Below are positions 1 through 12,078 of a DNA stretch of 64,000 nt, one piece after another. The stretch lies in the NCBI GenBank assembly GCA_964106645.2, contig OZ067039.1; one strand, written 5' to 3'. The position numbers were made by a program, and so were the translations under genes. Each line of letters opens with the position of its first letter. The first letter of the stretch is position 1. Under the pieces are notes generated by a model. That model did no database searches and was not told where the DNA came from. It saw only the letters and a program-made list of their open reading frames with translations. The DNA comes from Podarcis pityusensis (Eukaryota).

Positions 1-667
1 ATCTTACTCATATTTATTTGGAAATAAAACTGATTTCACTGCAACTGTCTCCTTCCAAGCATGAACATGACTGTAGCCTCAGAGATTTTAATGTAATGTA
101 GGAGAAGAGGTGGTCTCTTAGGTATGCAGATCCTGAACTGTCAAGAGGCCAAAACAAACATAGAAGACTGTCAGGAGCCAGCGCAGATGCTGAGAGCACA
201 AATGCAACGTTCTCCCAGGAATCCAGCCATGTCTGGAGGCAGCCTGCCACATGCTGCCACCAGGGGAAAGTCCTAAATTAGGAACGGGGAATCTTTGGCT
301 CTCTGGGTGATGCTGGGCTCCCGGCTCCCATCAGTCCCACCAGCCAATGCTCAGGGATCACTGAGAGTTGCATTCCAACAACTGGAGGGGCACAGGTTCC
401 CCATCCTTGTGATGGTCATTTGGGTCATCATGCTTATACCAAGTATGGAGAACTCCATACAGAGTGCTTATACCAAATGTGGAGAATCTCTGACCCACTT
501 TCAAGAAGGCAATGAAAAACATAAAACACGGTGCAATTCCTTGGGCACCATTGTGGATGCTGGTGTGCACATTCATAACATAATTCTCCATCTGAAGTCC
601 ATAACCATTTACTGGGGCATGAGGTGGGGGAGGAGGAAGATGGAAAACAGAAGGGAGTAATGGAGTA

Positions 668-909
668 CAGTGGTACCTCACGTTAAGTACTTAATTTGTT
701 CCGGAGGTCCGTTCTTCACCTGAAACTGTTCTTAACCTGAAGCATCACTTTAGCTAATGGGGCCTCCTGCTGCCGCCACGCCGCCGGAGCACGATTTGTG
801 TTCTCATCCTGAAGCAAAGGTCTTAACCTGAGGTACTATTTCTGGGTTAGCGGAGTCTGTAACCTGAAGCGTATGTAACCTGAAGCGTATGTAATCCGAG
901 GTACCACTG
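668..909. mobile_element. Tc1/mariner-pogo (Tigger-like) MITE
   Basis: Terminal inverted repeats (TIRs) CAGTGGTACCTC...GAGGTACCACTG, TA on both sides (666-667, 910-911), and internal repeats of TAACCTGAAGC. Confidence 0.9.
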
Positions 910-2555
910 TATCTGAAATGAGGCCGCTCAAAGGCCTCACTGCCATGCAGTCCAAGTGTCAGACTGAGACTAGGGAAATCCAGGCTCAAATCTTTGCTCA
1001 GCTGCACGAAGCTCATCCAACAGAACCTACCTCGCAGGATTGTTGTGAGGATATAAGGTGGGCGAAGAACCGTGCAGAATGTCCGGCTACCTTAAGCTAA
1101 CTGGAGAAAAGGGAAGGGTATGCATTGCACAGAATAATGCAGTAGTTAAATGCAGCCTTTTACCAGGTAATTGTTGTTGTGAACCTAAACAACTGGGACT
1201 ATTTGCCATGTACATCACTGCCTTTTAATTCTGCTTCCTTGCGAGAAACTCCTTGGTCTGAGCCCTCTCCCACTCTGTACAAGCTCAGGCAGCTTGGATC
1301 ACTTGCCGATCAAAGTATCGGAGTATTTTCACCCGGAGCTATAAAAAGAGAGGCATAGTGTTTCAGGAGCAGCGTGTCCCAGCCTTCCTTGGCAGATGGC
1401 AGTCTAGCTCACGCAGGCAGCATTACTGGGCACATGGCAGTGGGATGTGTCAGCCGCCACAGCTGATGAAATCCAAGCATCTGTGTTCTGCAAGGGGGCA
1501 GTTGGCACAGGGGCCTGAGACTCATCAAGCTGAATTAAAAAGACTGCAGTGTAAACCTGCCAAGCTTCAGATTGCCCTGTCCTTGGGTTTAAAAATAGCC
1601 CCAGCCTTGCCTCCCACCACCAAAACCCGCTTGCATCGCCAGCTGACCCTGCAGCAAAATTGGAGGTGATCTTAAAGGAGAAGATTATGCAATGGCAGCT
1701 TCAGCTGTACCTAACAGTAGAGGTTTCCACACACGACATTCAACGGGCATACAGTCTGTGTACCTGTGCTGAGCTGCACACCTGTACAATTATGCACACA
1801 TAACATTCAATGAGTGTAGGGTCTGTGTGCACAGATCTGCACAAGTCAACGAGTGTGCACTCTTTCACATGAACGTGGGTAGAGAGAGCTTGTGCCTGTG
1901 TTCAGTGTAATGCGGGAGCAAGCCTTTTATGGTGTAAAGGAAAGGTCATTTGGTCATGGAATTTGCAGCTATTTGCATCTCCATCTACCCAAACACATTG
2001 CCTATCATGTCAAGCAGCCACTAAGATATCTGTGCATTTGAATCTGAACGTTTCCACCAAATAACATGTTTTCCTCTCGTTTTTGTACCGTCCAAACAAC
2101 CTGGTGAGGTAGGCTAGACTGGGGTCCAAGTGCAGTGCTTACCATTACATTGGCTCTTCTGTTTGAGACAGACCTGTCTTCTGCCAACTCATCTCTAATC
2201 CGTTTGCTCCCATTGCAATGCCTTCCCTCAAAGTCATACTATTTGCCTTCGATTTCTCTGTGCCTCGGTTTTGTATTTTGAGGTCAGCTTCATTTCCCCA
2301 ACCACTGATTATGTCCAGTCATGGAAATCATACCCTAAGGTTACCCCAGGGAACATGGCGTCGAAACTGGGGTCACACGGTCTCACTGGTGCGTCCAGCC
2401 AATGCTTACATAAGAACGGAGCCCTGGATTAGTTTTATTTCCCATGCTTCCTGCGCCAGTGACTTCATGGAGGGTTGCATACTCCTGAACCTCTTGTGAA
2501 AGCTAACACACATATAAGCGCAGCACTACAAAACTGGTGCCACGGGAGTGTCTCT

Positions 2556-2975
2556 GAGGGATGAGCGAATCTGTCTGTTTCATTTTCTCTTGGTCACTTT
2601 CCCAGTCTTAAGTTCAGCTCGCCCCAATCATGCATCACTTTGAGATTTCCTCCCCTTTCATTCCTCATGGGAGTGTGTCAGCATTTTAGCGCACACCTGC
2701 ACACCTGTGCAATCTTGCTCTTATACACATTTGTGCAAGCAGGTTTCCCCGGTTCATTTTTTTATGTTAGTGTCACTTAGATATACATTTCCATGCTCGT
2801 GTCTCCCTAGTGCACACATTTCCCTGCACATTTTTGGTTGGGTTGGTCAATAAATTTGAAGAAGTGTGAACTTCCAGAAGGCAGCTGCATTTTGGCTTGC
2901 ATAGTCTTTCACAAAGCGCAAAGCAGGTAGGTTTGTATTTAAAGTGAACCAAAACAAACCCCTCCCCCAACCCTA
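2556..2975. mobile_element. Old hAT-like non-autonomous element (related copy at 31351-31778)
   Basis: Degenerate termini (GAGGGATG...CCCCCAACCCTA) and patchy colinear similarity to 31351-31778. Boundaries approximate. Confidence 0.5.
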
Positions 2976-3340
2976 ATCCCTCTCCACACCTGTTCCTAAA
3001 AACCAGAGTATCACTTCCCCACTATAGATCTATTTATTTTATTTAATACTTCTGTTCTAAATGCCTGCTAAAATTCTTCTATTCCATCAGGCCTATGCAG
3101 GCAATTAAGAATACATCTTCCCACAACAGTTAACTGAAGTCTGGTTTTAATTTTTATATGTTTTTTATTGTATGGTTTTATGTTCTGTTACTGTAAACCA
3201 CTTTGGTGTTTGAATGAATGGTGGTGTACAGATAAATCATAAATAAAATAACTATGTAGTTTTATAAATAATAAATAAAATAAATAAATGTGAAATATTT
3301 TTAAACTCCCCTTCACCAAAGGATTCCAGGGGCATGTATA

Positions 3341-3540
3341 CACTTGGGAAGACAGGCGAACTAATGCCAGTGTACTGAAAGAAGAAAATATCACCAGTGT
3401 CAAAGCAATGATTCTGCAACATCAACTTCGTTGGACTGGTCATGTTGTGCAGATGCCTGATTACCGTCTTCCAAAGCAACTACTCTTTTCCCATGGAAGA
3501 CAATCTTACTCGGCTTTGAGTGGTCGCCAAAGAAGAAGAC
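3341..3540 (+). mobile_element. RTE-clade LINE 3' fragment with internal deletion
   Basis: Translates WEDRRTNASVLKEENITSVKAMILQHQLRWTGHVVQMPDYRLPKQLLFS, the RTE post-RT motif, then jumps to a GAAGAAGA tail. Confidence 0.85.
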
Positions 3541-4805
3541 ATATACCATTACAGTTTAAATCCAAGAAACATCCATAGAAATATACAACAGGCAAAATCT
3601 CCACAACACCTCTGAAAGAAGAAGAAACCCAGAACAGAGCAGAATACCCAAAATCATGTTAAGTCCTAAATAAATGCCTGGGTCAGACTTTGTATACCAC
3701 CCTGAGGTCTGTTTTGGGATTGTAGGCTGTTGATGCATGTTAAGAATGCAAACAAACAAGCAGGAAGACCTTTGCCTGCTGCCTCAAACCCTCCTGTACC
3801 ATTTTAATAAGTGAACTCAGTATCTGACTATGGACCCTTATGCAGCCAGAACAGTACAATCCACACACAAGGAGCAGGTATCAGCAGATTTGGGGAAACT
3901 CTAATGTTTGGAGTGACAATTCCCACCCCCCAAAAAGCAGCTCAGTAAGGACTGTGTGTGTGGCATGCTGAGCAGCTGTTGCAGAGGGGTCAGGGTTGGA
4001 AAGAAATGGAATAAAGTACCCTGCAAGGGGGCATGGCTGGCTAGACCCCTGCCCGGAAACCTGGTGCACTGCAACGTTTTGTTGAAGGTCCCACTTGTAT
4101 TAACTATTAATAACATTCATTAACTTCCAAAGAGAAGAAAGAAAGTGTGTACATCCCCCTGTTCGATTGTATTTCCGGGCATCATCAGCCAAGACATAAG
4201 TCAGGTAAAGAATCCCCACGACGTTCCAATAAACAGAACACAAGGTCTTCTCGGACATCCTGTTTGATGGGAGCGTCATTTTAATATTTTTAATGGTGGC
4301 TTATTTGCACTTAGAAGCAAGCTGACTCATAGTACCTTCATTCGTACCTGCCCCTGAACTCTACACTAAGAATTTTGCTGAACAATTCAGATTAGATGTT
4401 TTTGGGGGGAGGAAAGTGAGGCGGCGAGGGGAAGTATTGCTGTTTCAGGGCATCAGAGAAGCCTTTCTGCAATGTTCTGGTCTTAAGTTGCTTAATATAA
4501 GGGATACCACATTTATCCATCTATCCCTCAAGCCATGGGAAAGTTAGTTTTGAGTGTGCTACAAATTCTTTCAGGATTCTAAGAAACCAATTCATTAAGG
4601 ATACCAAGAACTTTCCCAGAACTATTAATTCTCCAGCTCCTTGAGAAAGCCAGAACTGCAGAGCCAGTTTTAGTTTGTACTGAGTAAACATGTACTGTGT
4701 GCAAAGGTGATTTGCATTATTCAGCCTCAAGAGAATCCTCTCAGTGAAACTCCAGTTTTGTCTACAGGATTCTTAAATGTACAGTCCTATACACGTCATA
4801 AACAT

Positions 4806-5033
4806 GGCAGCCAGCGTGGGGTAGTGGTTATAGTAGTTGGACTAGGATCTGGGAGACCAGGGTTCAAAGCCCCGCTAGGCCATGAAGCTCACTGGGTGAC
4901 CCTGGGGCAGTCATTGGCTCTCAGCCCAACCTACCTTACAGTTAATGTGGGGATTAAATGAGGAGAGGGAGAACCATGCATGCCACATTGAGCTTCTTCG
5001 AGGAAAAGGTGGGATGGAAAAGAAATAAATAAA
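4806..5033 (+). mobile_element. tRNA-derived SINE (MIR/CORE- or Squam3-like)
   Basis: A-box-like GTGGGGTAGTGGTTA, B-box GGGTTCAAAGCCC, core CTGGGTGACCCTGGGGCAGTCA and an A-rich tail. Confidence 0.8.
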
Positions 5034-5253
5034 ATGTCTACTCTGAAGCTAGTCTCACTGAGTTCAGTGAGGCCTAGGTCACCTCAAGGCCAGCCCTATT
5101 TTACAGGAGGGATTTTATCACATACCAGAAATTTAGGTTTCTGCATTTAAAGTGGTTTAAAGCACTCTGGAACAAATCTACCTTTTTTAAATTAAAAAAA
5201 AATGGACTTTTTGCTGTTAAGAAAGTGGTGGGGAAGTTCATTTTTTAAATGCG

Positions 5254-5366
5254 TGGGATAATGAAAAGGGACAAGAATTCATATCAACACCCTGCAAGCA
5301 AATCAGGATGAGAGCTCATTGTCGTCTAACCTGCCCACAGGGAAATCAGAACAAACACCCAATAAA
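5254..5366 (+). repeat. Copy of dispersed bipartite-motif element (two motif units)
   Basis: caagcaaatcag-gatgag-agctcattgtc (5295-5323) and cagggaaatcag-aacaaa-cacccaataaa (5338-5366). Upstream tgggataatga aligns with 28208-28218. Confidence 0.6.
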
Positions 5367-6317
5367 AAGCAGACACTGTGTAGCCTCCAGCAGCTACATG
5401 TTTGCCATCACCGAATGTGTGATGTGGCCATTGTGGAATTGTGGCAGGAACATGAGGATCATTTGATCTAATTGTCTGCTCAAAAGCAGTGGGGTCAACT
5501 CTGAACAGAAGTGATGGAAAGGTGCCATGCCAGAACTGTTTGTTGGACAACAAATGTGTTTAGCAAAACAAATCCAGATGGCTTGCGTAAGTAACCAGTG
5601 CCACAGGCTACAGAGAAGTATGGAGAAAGCATGATTGCCATCCAGTATGAACTGTGAGGAAGGGGATGTCTTTCTGACTTTAAATTTGTTGGCATCCGTC
5701 TGTCTCAGGAGACAATGGAGGACTGTTCCTTTGGGGGTGAAGTCAAGCTGTTAGAAGGTTGCAGTGCCTGCTGTGGCTGTAGAGACCGATGCAGGAGAGA
5801 CATGTTTTGTTGCACCTGTGGCAGATGAACCTGCATGCGCTGATGCAGATGCACCATGGTATTTCTTCTCTCTGTGTTCCTACCTGCTCTGGTCACTGCT
5901 ATGGACCCACGGCCATTGGCTGCTCACACAGAGGGGCAGGGCAGGCAGGCAGATAAACCTGAAGAACAGGACTCAGAGAAGGAAGGGCCTAGAAGAGAAG
6001 CACTGAGGAAGAAGAGGTCCAGATGAATGAGGTTGAGATAAAAACTCAGGGCTGTAAACCACGAGGGAAGCACAGAACAGCTCCCCTCTACAGACATGCT
6101 GCTTCTCAGTCTATGAATATTAGCGGGATGCCCTGCTTCCTCCCCCAACTTTATTAGGGCTAAATATATCACAAGTTGGGCAAAGGTTCACCCCATGCAC
6201 AGAGACAGAAAATTTCTAAAGATGGAACGGGAAGCCCTAGAGTTTTAGATTGATCTCCCTCTCTCCTACTAACTGAACTCTTTTATCTCCTCCTCTCTCC
6301 CCTGCCCCCTTTTACCA

Positions 6318-6558
6318 CAGACCCTCCAAGTGTCCCTATTTTTCAGGGATGCCCCTGATTTAGAGAAGCTGCCCTAAAGGCAATCCTGTATAGGGAAGGT
6401 TTTTTTAAAAAATGTTTAATGTTTTATTATGTTTTTATATATGTTGCAAGCTGTCCAAAGTTGGGGCAAGCCAATAAGATGTGTGGGGTATAAATAGTAA
6501 AATTGCCATTATGGAATGGGACGTCCCTATTTTTATCAGAGAAATGTTGGAGGGTATG
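6318..6558 (-). mobile_element. hAT-like MITE carrying an L2-tail segment (internally deleted, inverted relative to 7731-8075)
   Basis: Termini CAGACCCTCCAA...TTGGAGGGTATG. The reverse complement aligns to 7731-8075. Confidence 0.8.
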
Positions 6559-7423
6559 TTATCGTGGTCAGTTTCATCGGCATGGAGGGCTTTTTGAGAC
6601 TTGTTATTTCCATGCATAGCTAATAACACAGCCCTGCTAGACCAAATCCAAGTTCCTTACAAGGTTTCAGTTCTTCTACAAGGTAATGAAAACATAGGAC
6701 CAAAACCAGCTGAAGTTTGTTACATTTTAGTTCCAATAAAGACAAATGGAAGAAGATAATAAGTGTCCCTATACACCCCATTGCTTTCAATGGAACTTAG
6801 TCACAACTAACACTAGCTGAGTGGATTAGGGGCATATTTTGTTAGACCTTAGCTGCTAGATAGATAATACTTTGCAGGACCTTACTTCCTTTTGCCAGCA
6901 AGTAAGGAGGATATACATAATCAGGATAAACAAACAGAGCATGCTAATGATACTAAAGACTTAACTTTCATCTGTCAAGCATTAATAAGATTTTCATTCT
7001 CGGCACATAATTAGGATTGCAATCTGAATGAATTTAATAAATATAGAGACCAATGATTTTCCTTGGCGTTGTTTTCATCATGGCTCAAGTAACAGAGATT
7101 GAGAGAGGCACTTAAATCTCCTCATTTGAGATTTTTTTTTAAAAAAAATGGCAGGTACATGTACACTTTCAAGTCAACACGGTGAAAATTGCATGGAATG
7201 AGTTTGCAGGCAGGTCTGTACAATGAAAACAATGGAACGCTTGTTGATTTTGTCCAACAAGCTCCTGAGTTGCCAAAACGTCACCTCTCAGCTTGACCCC
7301 ATATTTATATTTCAGCGTTTCCTTCACTCGCTTTTGACAAAGCATTATTTACCGTGAAGAAAGTTTTAGCAGACCAACCCTCTTTGCAATCTACAACCAG
7401 TGGTTCCAGGGAAGGGGTGTAAT

Positions 7424-7549
7424 CAGGGCTTTTTTTCAGCCGGAGCTCAGCTCCGGCACCTCTCAGATGGGCACCATTGCCATTGTAAGAGAACAAAGGA
7501 GGCATTCGTGGTAAGTTCCAGCACCTATATTTCTAGAAAAATAGCACTG
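7424..7549. mobile_element. hAT MITE
   Basis: TIR CAGGGCTTTTTT...AAAATAGCACTG and an 8-bp TSD ggtgtaat/ggtgtgat. Confidence 0.85.
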
Positions 7550-7730
7550 GGTGTGATCGTTTCCACAGTTCATGCTTACAACAACCCTTTCTGGGTTCCC
7601 ATTTTAACAACATGCCTTAACGTATTTTCTAGCTTTTTTAAAAAATAAAATATGCTCTGCACAGCTATGATAGGCCTACTAGTGTGGGATGGGACATAGT
7701 GGGGTCTATAAATGGAATAAGCACAATATG

Positions 7731-8075
7731 CATACCCTCCAACATTTCTCCAATGAAAATAGGGACACCTCATTCCATAATGATAATTTTACTATTTATA
7801 CCCTCACATATATTACTGGGTTGCCCCAGCCACTCTGGGCAGCTTCCAACATATATAAAAACATAATAAAACATTGAACATTAAAAAAACCTTCCCCATA
7901 CAGGATTGCCTTCAGACGGCTCGGGGGTCGGATAACTCCATACCCTCCAACTTTTCTCCAATGAAAATAGGAGCATCCTAAGGAAGACTGGGACATTCCG
8001 GAATCAAATCAGAAACTGGAATGGCTTATCTAAATCAGGGACATCCCTGTAAAACAGGGACACTTGGAGGGTGTG
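7731..8075 (+). mobile_element. Composite hAT-like MITE with duplicated left end and captured L2 3' tail
   Basis: Termini CATACCCTCCAA...TTGGAGGGTGTG, a second copy of the left end at 7939-7971, and flanks caatatg/caatacg. Confidence 0.8.
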
Positions 8076-8199
8076 CAATACGCTCAGTGGTGTAGAAAAT
8101 CCAATTGCAATACCTATAGTATCTTCCAGCAGTACCCATTTGAAAATACCTGCTCTGTCTGAGGCCTAGGATCACATCCGCACCATACATTTAAAGCAA

Positions 8200-8733
8200 A
8201 TTTATTTGTTTGTTATATTTATTAGTTGTTTTCTTCTCAAAGAAAGAAAGAAACTCAGTGTGATTTACAAAGATGAACATTAAAAACAAGGATACAATCA
8301 CCTAAAATACACAATCTGTAAATATGTATGTATGAAAACCAGGTCCAACCACCCCACCCATCTAAAAGAAAATTAAGATCCCAAGGCCTAGGTGATTGAG
8401 GATATTTTTTCCTGGCACCTGAGGAGATCATTCCATAAATGGGGCGTCACTACTGAGAAGGCCCGTTCTACCTTCTGCACTCCCTCAGAGGGGGGCACAT
8501 GGAGAAGTGCCTCGGATGAAGAACACAGGTTGGTTCATGTGCGGAGAGGCAGTCCTTGAGGTAATGAGGTCCCTGAGCCCTATCAGGCTGTAGAGTCTAA
8601 ACCAACACTTTAAATTAGGCCTGGAGACTAATTTACCCAGTGCAGTTGAGTCAGGATTGGTGTTATAGGCTTGGACTGTCTTGCCCTGCTGAGCCACCTG
8701 CACCAGCTGCAGTTTCCAAACCAGCCTCTCCAT
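8200..8733 (-). mobile_element. Degenerate L2 LINE 3' region
   Basis: Minus-strand RLVWKLQLVQ motif (L2 KLQLVQNAAAR region) followed by an L2-type 3' tail. Boundaries approximate. Confidence 0.65.
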
Positions 8734-9897
8734 CTTCTGTCCAAGAGCCTGTTTGCTGACGTGCCAAAAGCAGCAGAACCTCAGTTGGTGAGACGCGATT
8801 AGTTAACGAAGAGGTTAACAAATTTTGCAGCGTTGAGTTTCCCAAGCGTTCTCCCCCTTCCACCCTTCCATTCAGTGCAAGCAGGGTAAATCTCTTCAGG
8901 TTGCCAAGGATTGCTTGATTTCTCCATTGCCTGCCATTTTCTTTGAGGCTGTGACTTTGATGTGCTTTCCTAGTAATAAATTCATGCACACCTGTCGCGG
9001 ATGTTTCTGATCTGATACAGAGCGTGGCACACCGGAGCCTTTTAAGCTCCACAGCAGTCTCGGGTTTCTCACCCAATTGCAGTGGAGGCATCGCTTTATT
9101 ATCTGTTAGCGCACACTCTCTCACACACACCAGCAACTGCACATATAAATAATAGTGTCAACAACTGCCAGCTAAATGTGTCAATGACATTCCCCTTCTG
9201 AGAACAGTTCAGTCTTTCTTTTCCCATGATGCAGCTTGCTGACAGCTTTCCTCCACATCTCTTGCTTTCGGAAAACTGGAGGCTGCCGTGAGAGAAAACA
9301 CTGCCTCGTTCACGTATGCTAGCGTTTACCAAAGGGACAAACTTATATTGCACAAATTCCCCTTGCTGTCACAAGGAACTGAGAAAGGCCTTCAGATCAG
9401 AGGTGGAGGAGGAGGAAATGGGAACACCATTACACCAGCCCCCTTCAAGCTAAAGCTCTCCCATCCATCCAATTGTTGCAATCTTTTCCCCTTAAGAATA
9501 TTATGTGTTAGTGTATGATCAGGTTGCCAGACCTCCATCACCAGCCTGAAGTATTCAGGTTTGCCTGGCCCACTCTAGATGGTGGGGAAAGGCTTGAATA
9601 TCCAGGTGAGTTAGAGTGCCCCCCCCCATATGAATGACTATGTGTGCAGCTGGCAAACTCCAGGCCAGGAGGCTCTAGCTGCAAACTCTTGCATAGACTC
9701 AGAGCAGGGGTGTGTGCCCTCCTCCGCTCACTCCTCCCCTCTCCCAATTAACCTCCATCTCCAGGGTTCAGTGGTGGGAGGGAGCGCAGAGGAAGATTCA
9801 CCCCGGGACATCAACAGGGGCCACCCCTAAGTCTCAGGTTTAAGCCCTGAAATCTTAGGGTCTGGGATGCTCCTGACCTTATGTACATATGTATACA

Positions 9898-10448
9898 CAG
9901 TGCTTTGGGGGGGGGGTACGCATGTCGGGATCTCCGCTCGGCCAAGCTGATAAAGCTCATTTTCCTCTGGAATCGCCCTCCCGATGAATAATTAATTACC
10001 TGAGCCTTTGATGAGGCCTCAGGCACATTCCATTCAGCAGAGAATCCAAAACAGCACGTGGAAGTGATGAGATTTATGGCTACATTGCTATGCTTTATTT
10101 CTTACTATGCAGACAGCAAAGAAAAATACATCCTCTCTCTATGAAAGCAGAGAGCAACTCAACAACAAAGGAACAAAGGAACAGGAAACCAGTAACGTCA
10201 CATCCGTCTCTCGTCTCCCGTGAGACTTCCAACAGTCTGGAAGGTCTCTGGAATGTAAACAGAGTCCTATGACTCTAAGCAGCTGCTCAGTGGCAAATAG
10301 AAACTAGCAACGCATACCCCTAAAATTTTTGTGAATCTTTGTACTTTTGTCCATTTACTGTATTTATTTTCCCCTATTTGAACTATAAAATGGTGATTTT
10401 TTTTGAGTCAAAATGAGAGTACCTTTTTTTAAAGAAAAAGAAGCACTG
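9898..10448. mobile_element. hAT-like MITE interrupted by a solo LTR
   Basis: TIR CAGTGCTT (9898)...AAGCACTG (10448) with imperfect 8-bp flanks tgtataca/tatgtaca. Confidence 0.65.
9923..10309 (-). mobile_element. Solo LTR (387 bp), same family as 61979-62366
   Basis: TG...CA termini, perfect 5-bp TSD ACGCA (9918-9922, 10310-10314), AATAAA on the minus strand, and full-length reverse-complement similarity to 61979-62366. Confidence 0.9.
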
Positions 10449-10581
10449 TATGTACATATGTATGACATATAAGCAACTTGTTGAAACATATAATCAAACT
10501 GGTTAAAAACACTACATTGAATTACTGGGGAGAAAACAAAAGAAAACGGAAAGACCAGCAATTAAAAGCAGTAGTTCAATT

Positions 10582-10713
10582 GGGAACATCAGGATCTGCC
10601 TTATGCTGAGTGAGATCATTGGGCCATCCAGCTCAATACACTGACTAGCAGTGGCTCTGCAGGATTTCAGACAGGGCTCTATCTGGAGATGCTGGGGGAC
10701 TGAACCTGTGACC
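10582..10713 (-). mobile_element. tRNA-derived SINE with CR1-type tail (degenerate)
   Basis: Matches the copies at 14210-14390, 24641-24790, 41279-41440 and 48262-48395. Confidence 0.6.
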
Positions 10714-11190
10714 AGAATGGCAAAGGCCTCCCCTCTTCTGCATGGTCTTCTGGTAAACTGGATTTCAGAAACATGATTCACTAGGAAAGCTGTTGGTGAC
10801 AGGAAGGTTTCCACTGCTCTAAGGTTCCCTGGTTTCACATTTCTGTCCTTAGAGCTGCAGTCACCACCGGCTACACTGTACACCACAAATCAAGTGTGAT
10901 GTAAGAATTAAGCTCATTATTCAACTGGCAAGCAGTGGCCAGTCTTTCAGGTTAAAAGATTGGAGTGCATTTTAATAAAGCAAGGTCTTAATCTCCATTT
11001 AGAAAGCTTTGTGCTGAGAAAGATTTTATAGAAAAAAAGAAGGGGAAAAAGGATCCTGGCCAACAGCTGCTATTTACATTACATAATTCCTGCCAACACC
11101 CAGCACTCAGATAATAAAAATTGTTCTTTGCTCTTGGGGTTATCTGTGTAAATGATGTTAACGCCATTGCAAGATAAGGATCAGGATTTC

Positions 11191-11858
11191 TTTTTTTTTT
11201 TTAATATAATATTTATTGGAGTTTACAATAAGAATAAATGTAGCAGACAATATAACAAATATCTTAACATAGTTTCACATTTTTTTTGGACTTCCTCACA
11301 TCTCCCGCTCCCACTTTCATCGTTATAACTTTTTACCAGCAATTTGTTATCTTATTTGCATTCTTATATCCCTTCTATATTTCATAGTCTTCTAGTTCTC
11401 AAATAGAGTTATATTTTCTCAATCTCACTTATTTTCTTAAATCATCTAAGTTAGTGGTGCTCAATTATTTATGATCTAGCATCCTGCTTAGCATTCACTC
11501 AAGTTGCAATGTTTTTGTAAATAGTTCTTAAATTTCTTCCAATCCTCCTCAATCCTCTCTTCTCCCAGGTCACGAATTCTGCCAGTCATCTCAGCTAGTT
11601 CCATATAGTCTATCAGTTGCATCTGCCATTCTTCCAGTGTGGGTAGATCTTGAGTTTTCCAGTACTTTGCGAGAAGTATCCTTGCTGCTGTTGTTGCATA
11701 CATAAAAAATGTCCGGTCCTTCTTTACCACCCCTTGGCCGACAATACCCAAAAGAAAGGCCTCTGGTTTCTTAGTGAAGGTATATTTAAATACCTTTTTC
11801 AGTTCATTATAAATCATTTCCCAGAACGCCTTCACTTTAGGGCAAGTCCACCAGAGGG
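11191..11858 (-). mobile_element. L1-clade LINE, 5'-truncated (ORF2 C-terminus, 3'UTR, polyA)
   Basis: LWWTCPKVKAFWEMIYNELKKVF...NLSEC, poly(T) at 11191-11202, and a perfect 19-bp TSD agataaggatcaggatttc (11172-11190, 11859-11877). Confidence 0.95.
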
Positions 11859-12078
11859 AGATAAGGATCAGGATTTCAACTGGAGTATTTGGAATAATTT
11901 TTACGCATTTTGTGTAGAGAAGTATTTTCTTTTTTTCATACTGATAATAATTAATAAAATAATAAATGTCATTAAATGACCGCATATGTTAGTGTAATCC
12001 ACCCTTTAGTAAATTTTCATGGCACAGCTATGTGCCTGACATCTATGTGTCTGTCTTTCTGTCTGTCTGTCTGTCTAT

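Noticed and set aside
5653-6173. Possible solo LTR (TGTGA...TCACA)
   Set aside because: No matching TSD and no second copy.
8663-9142. 159-aa ORF, and other 100-170 aa ORFs such as 18507-19004, 26734-27159 and 49632-50138
   Set aside because: No recognisable domain or splice structure; several cross TE boundaries or use non-ATG starts. Expected by chance in 64 kb.
11859-11985. N-terminal part of the 165-aa ORF 11488-11985
   Set aside because: It lies in the L1 TSD and flank and is open by chance. Only the part from LWWTC onward is L1.
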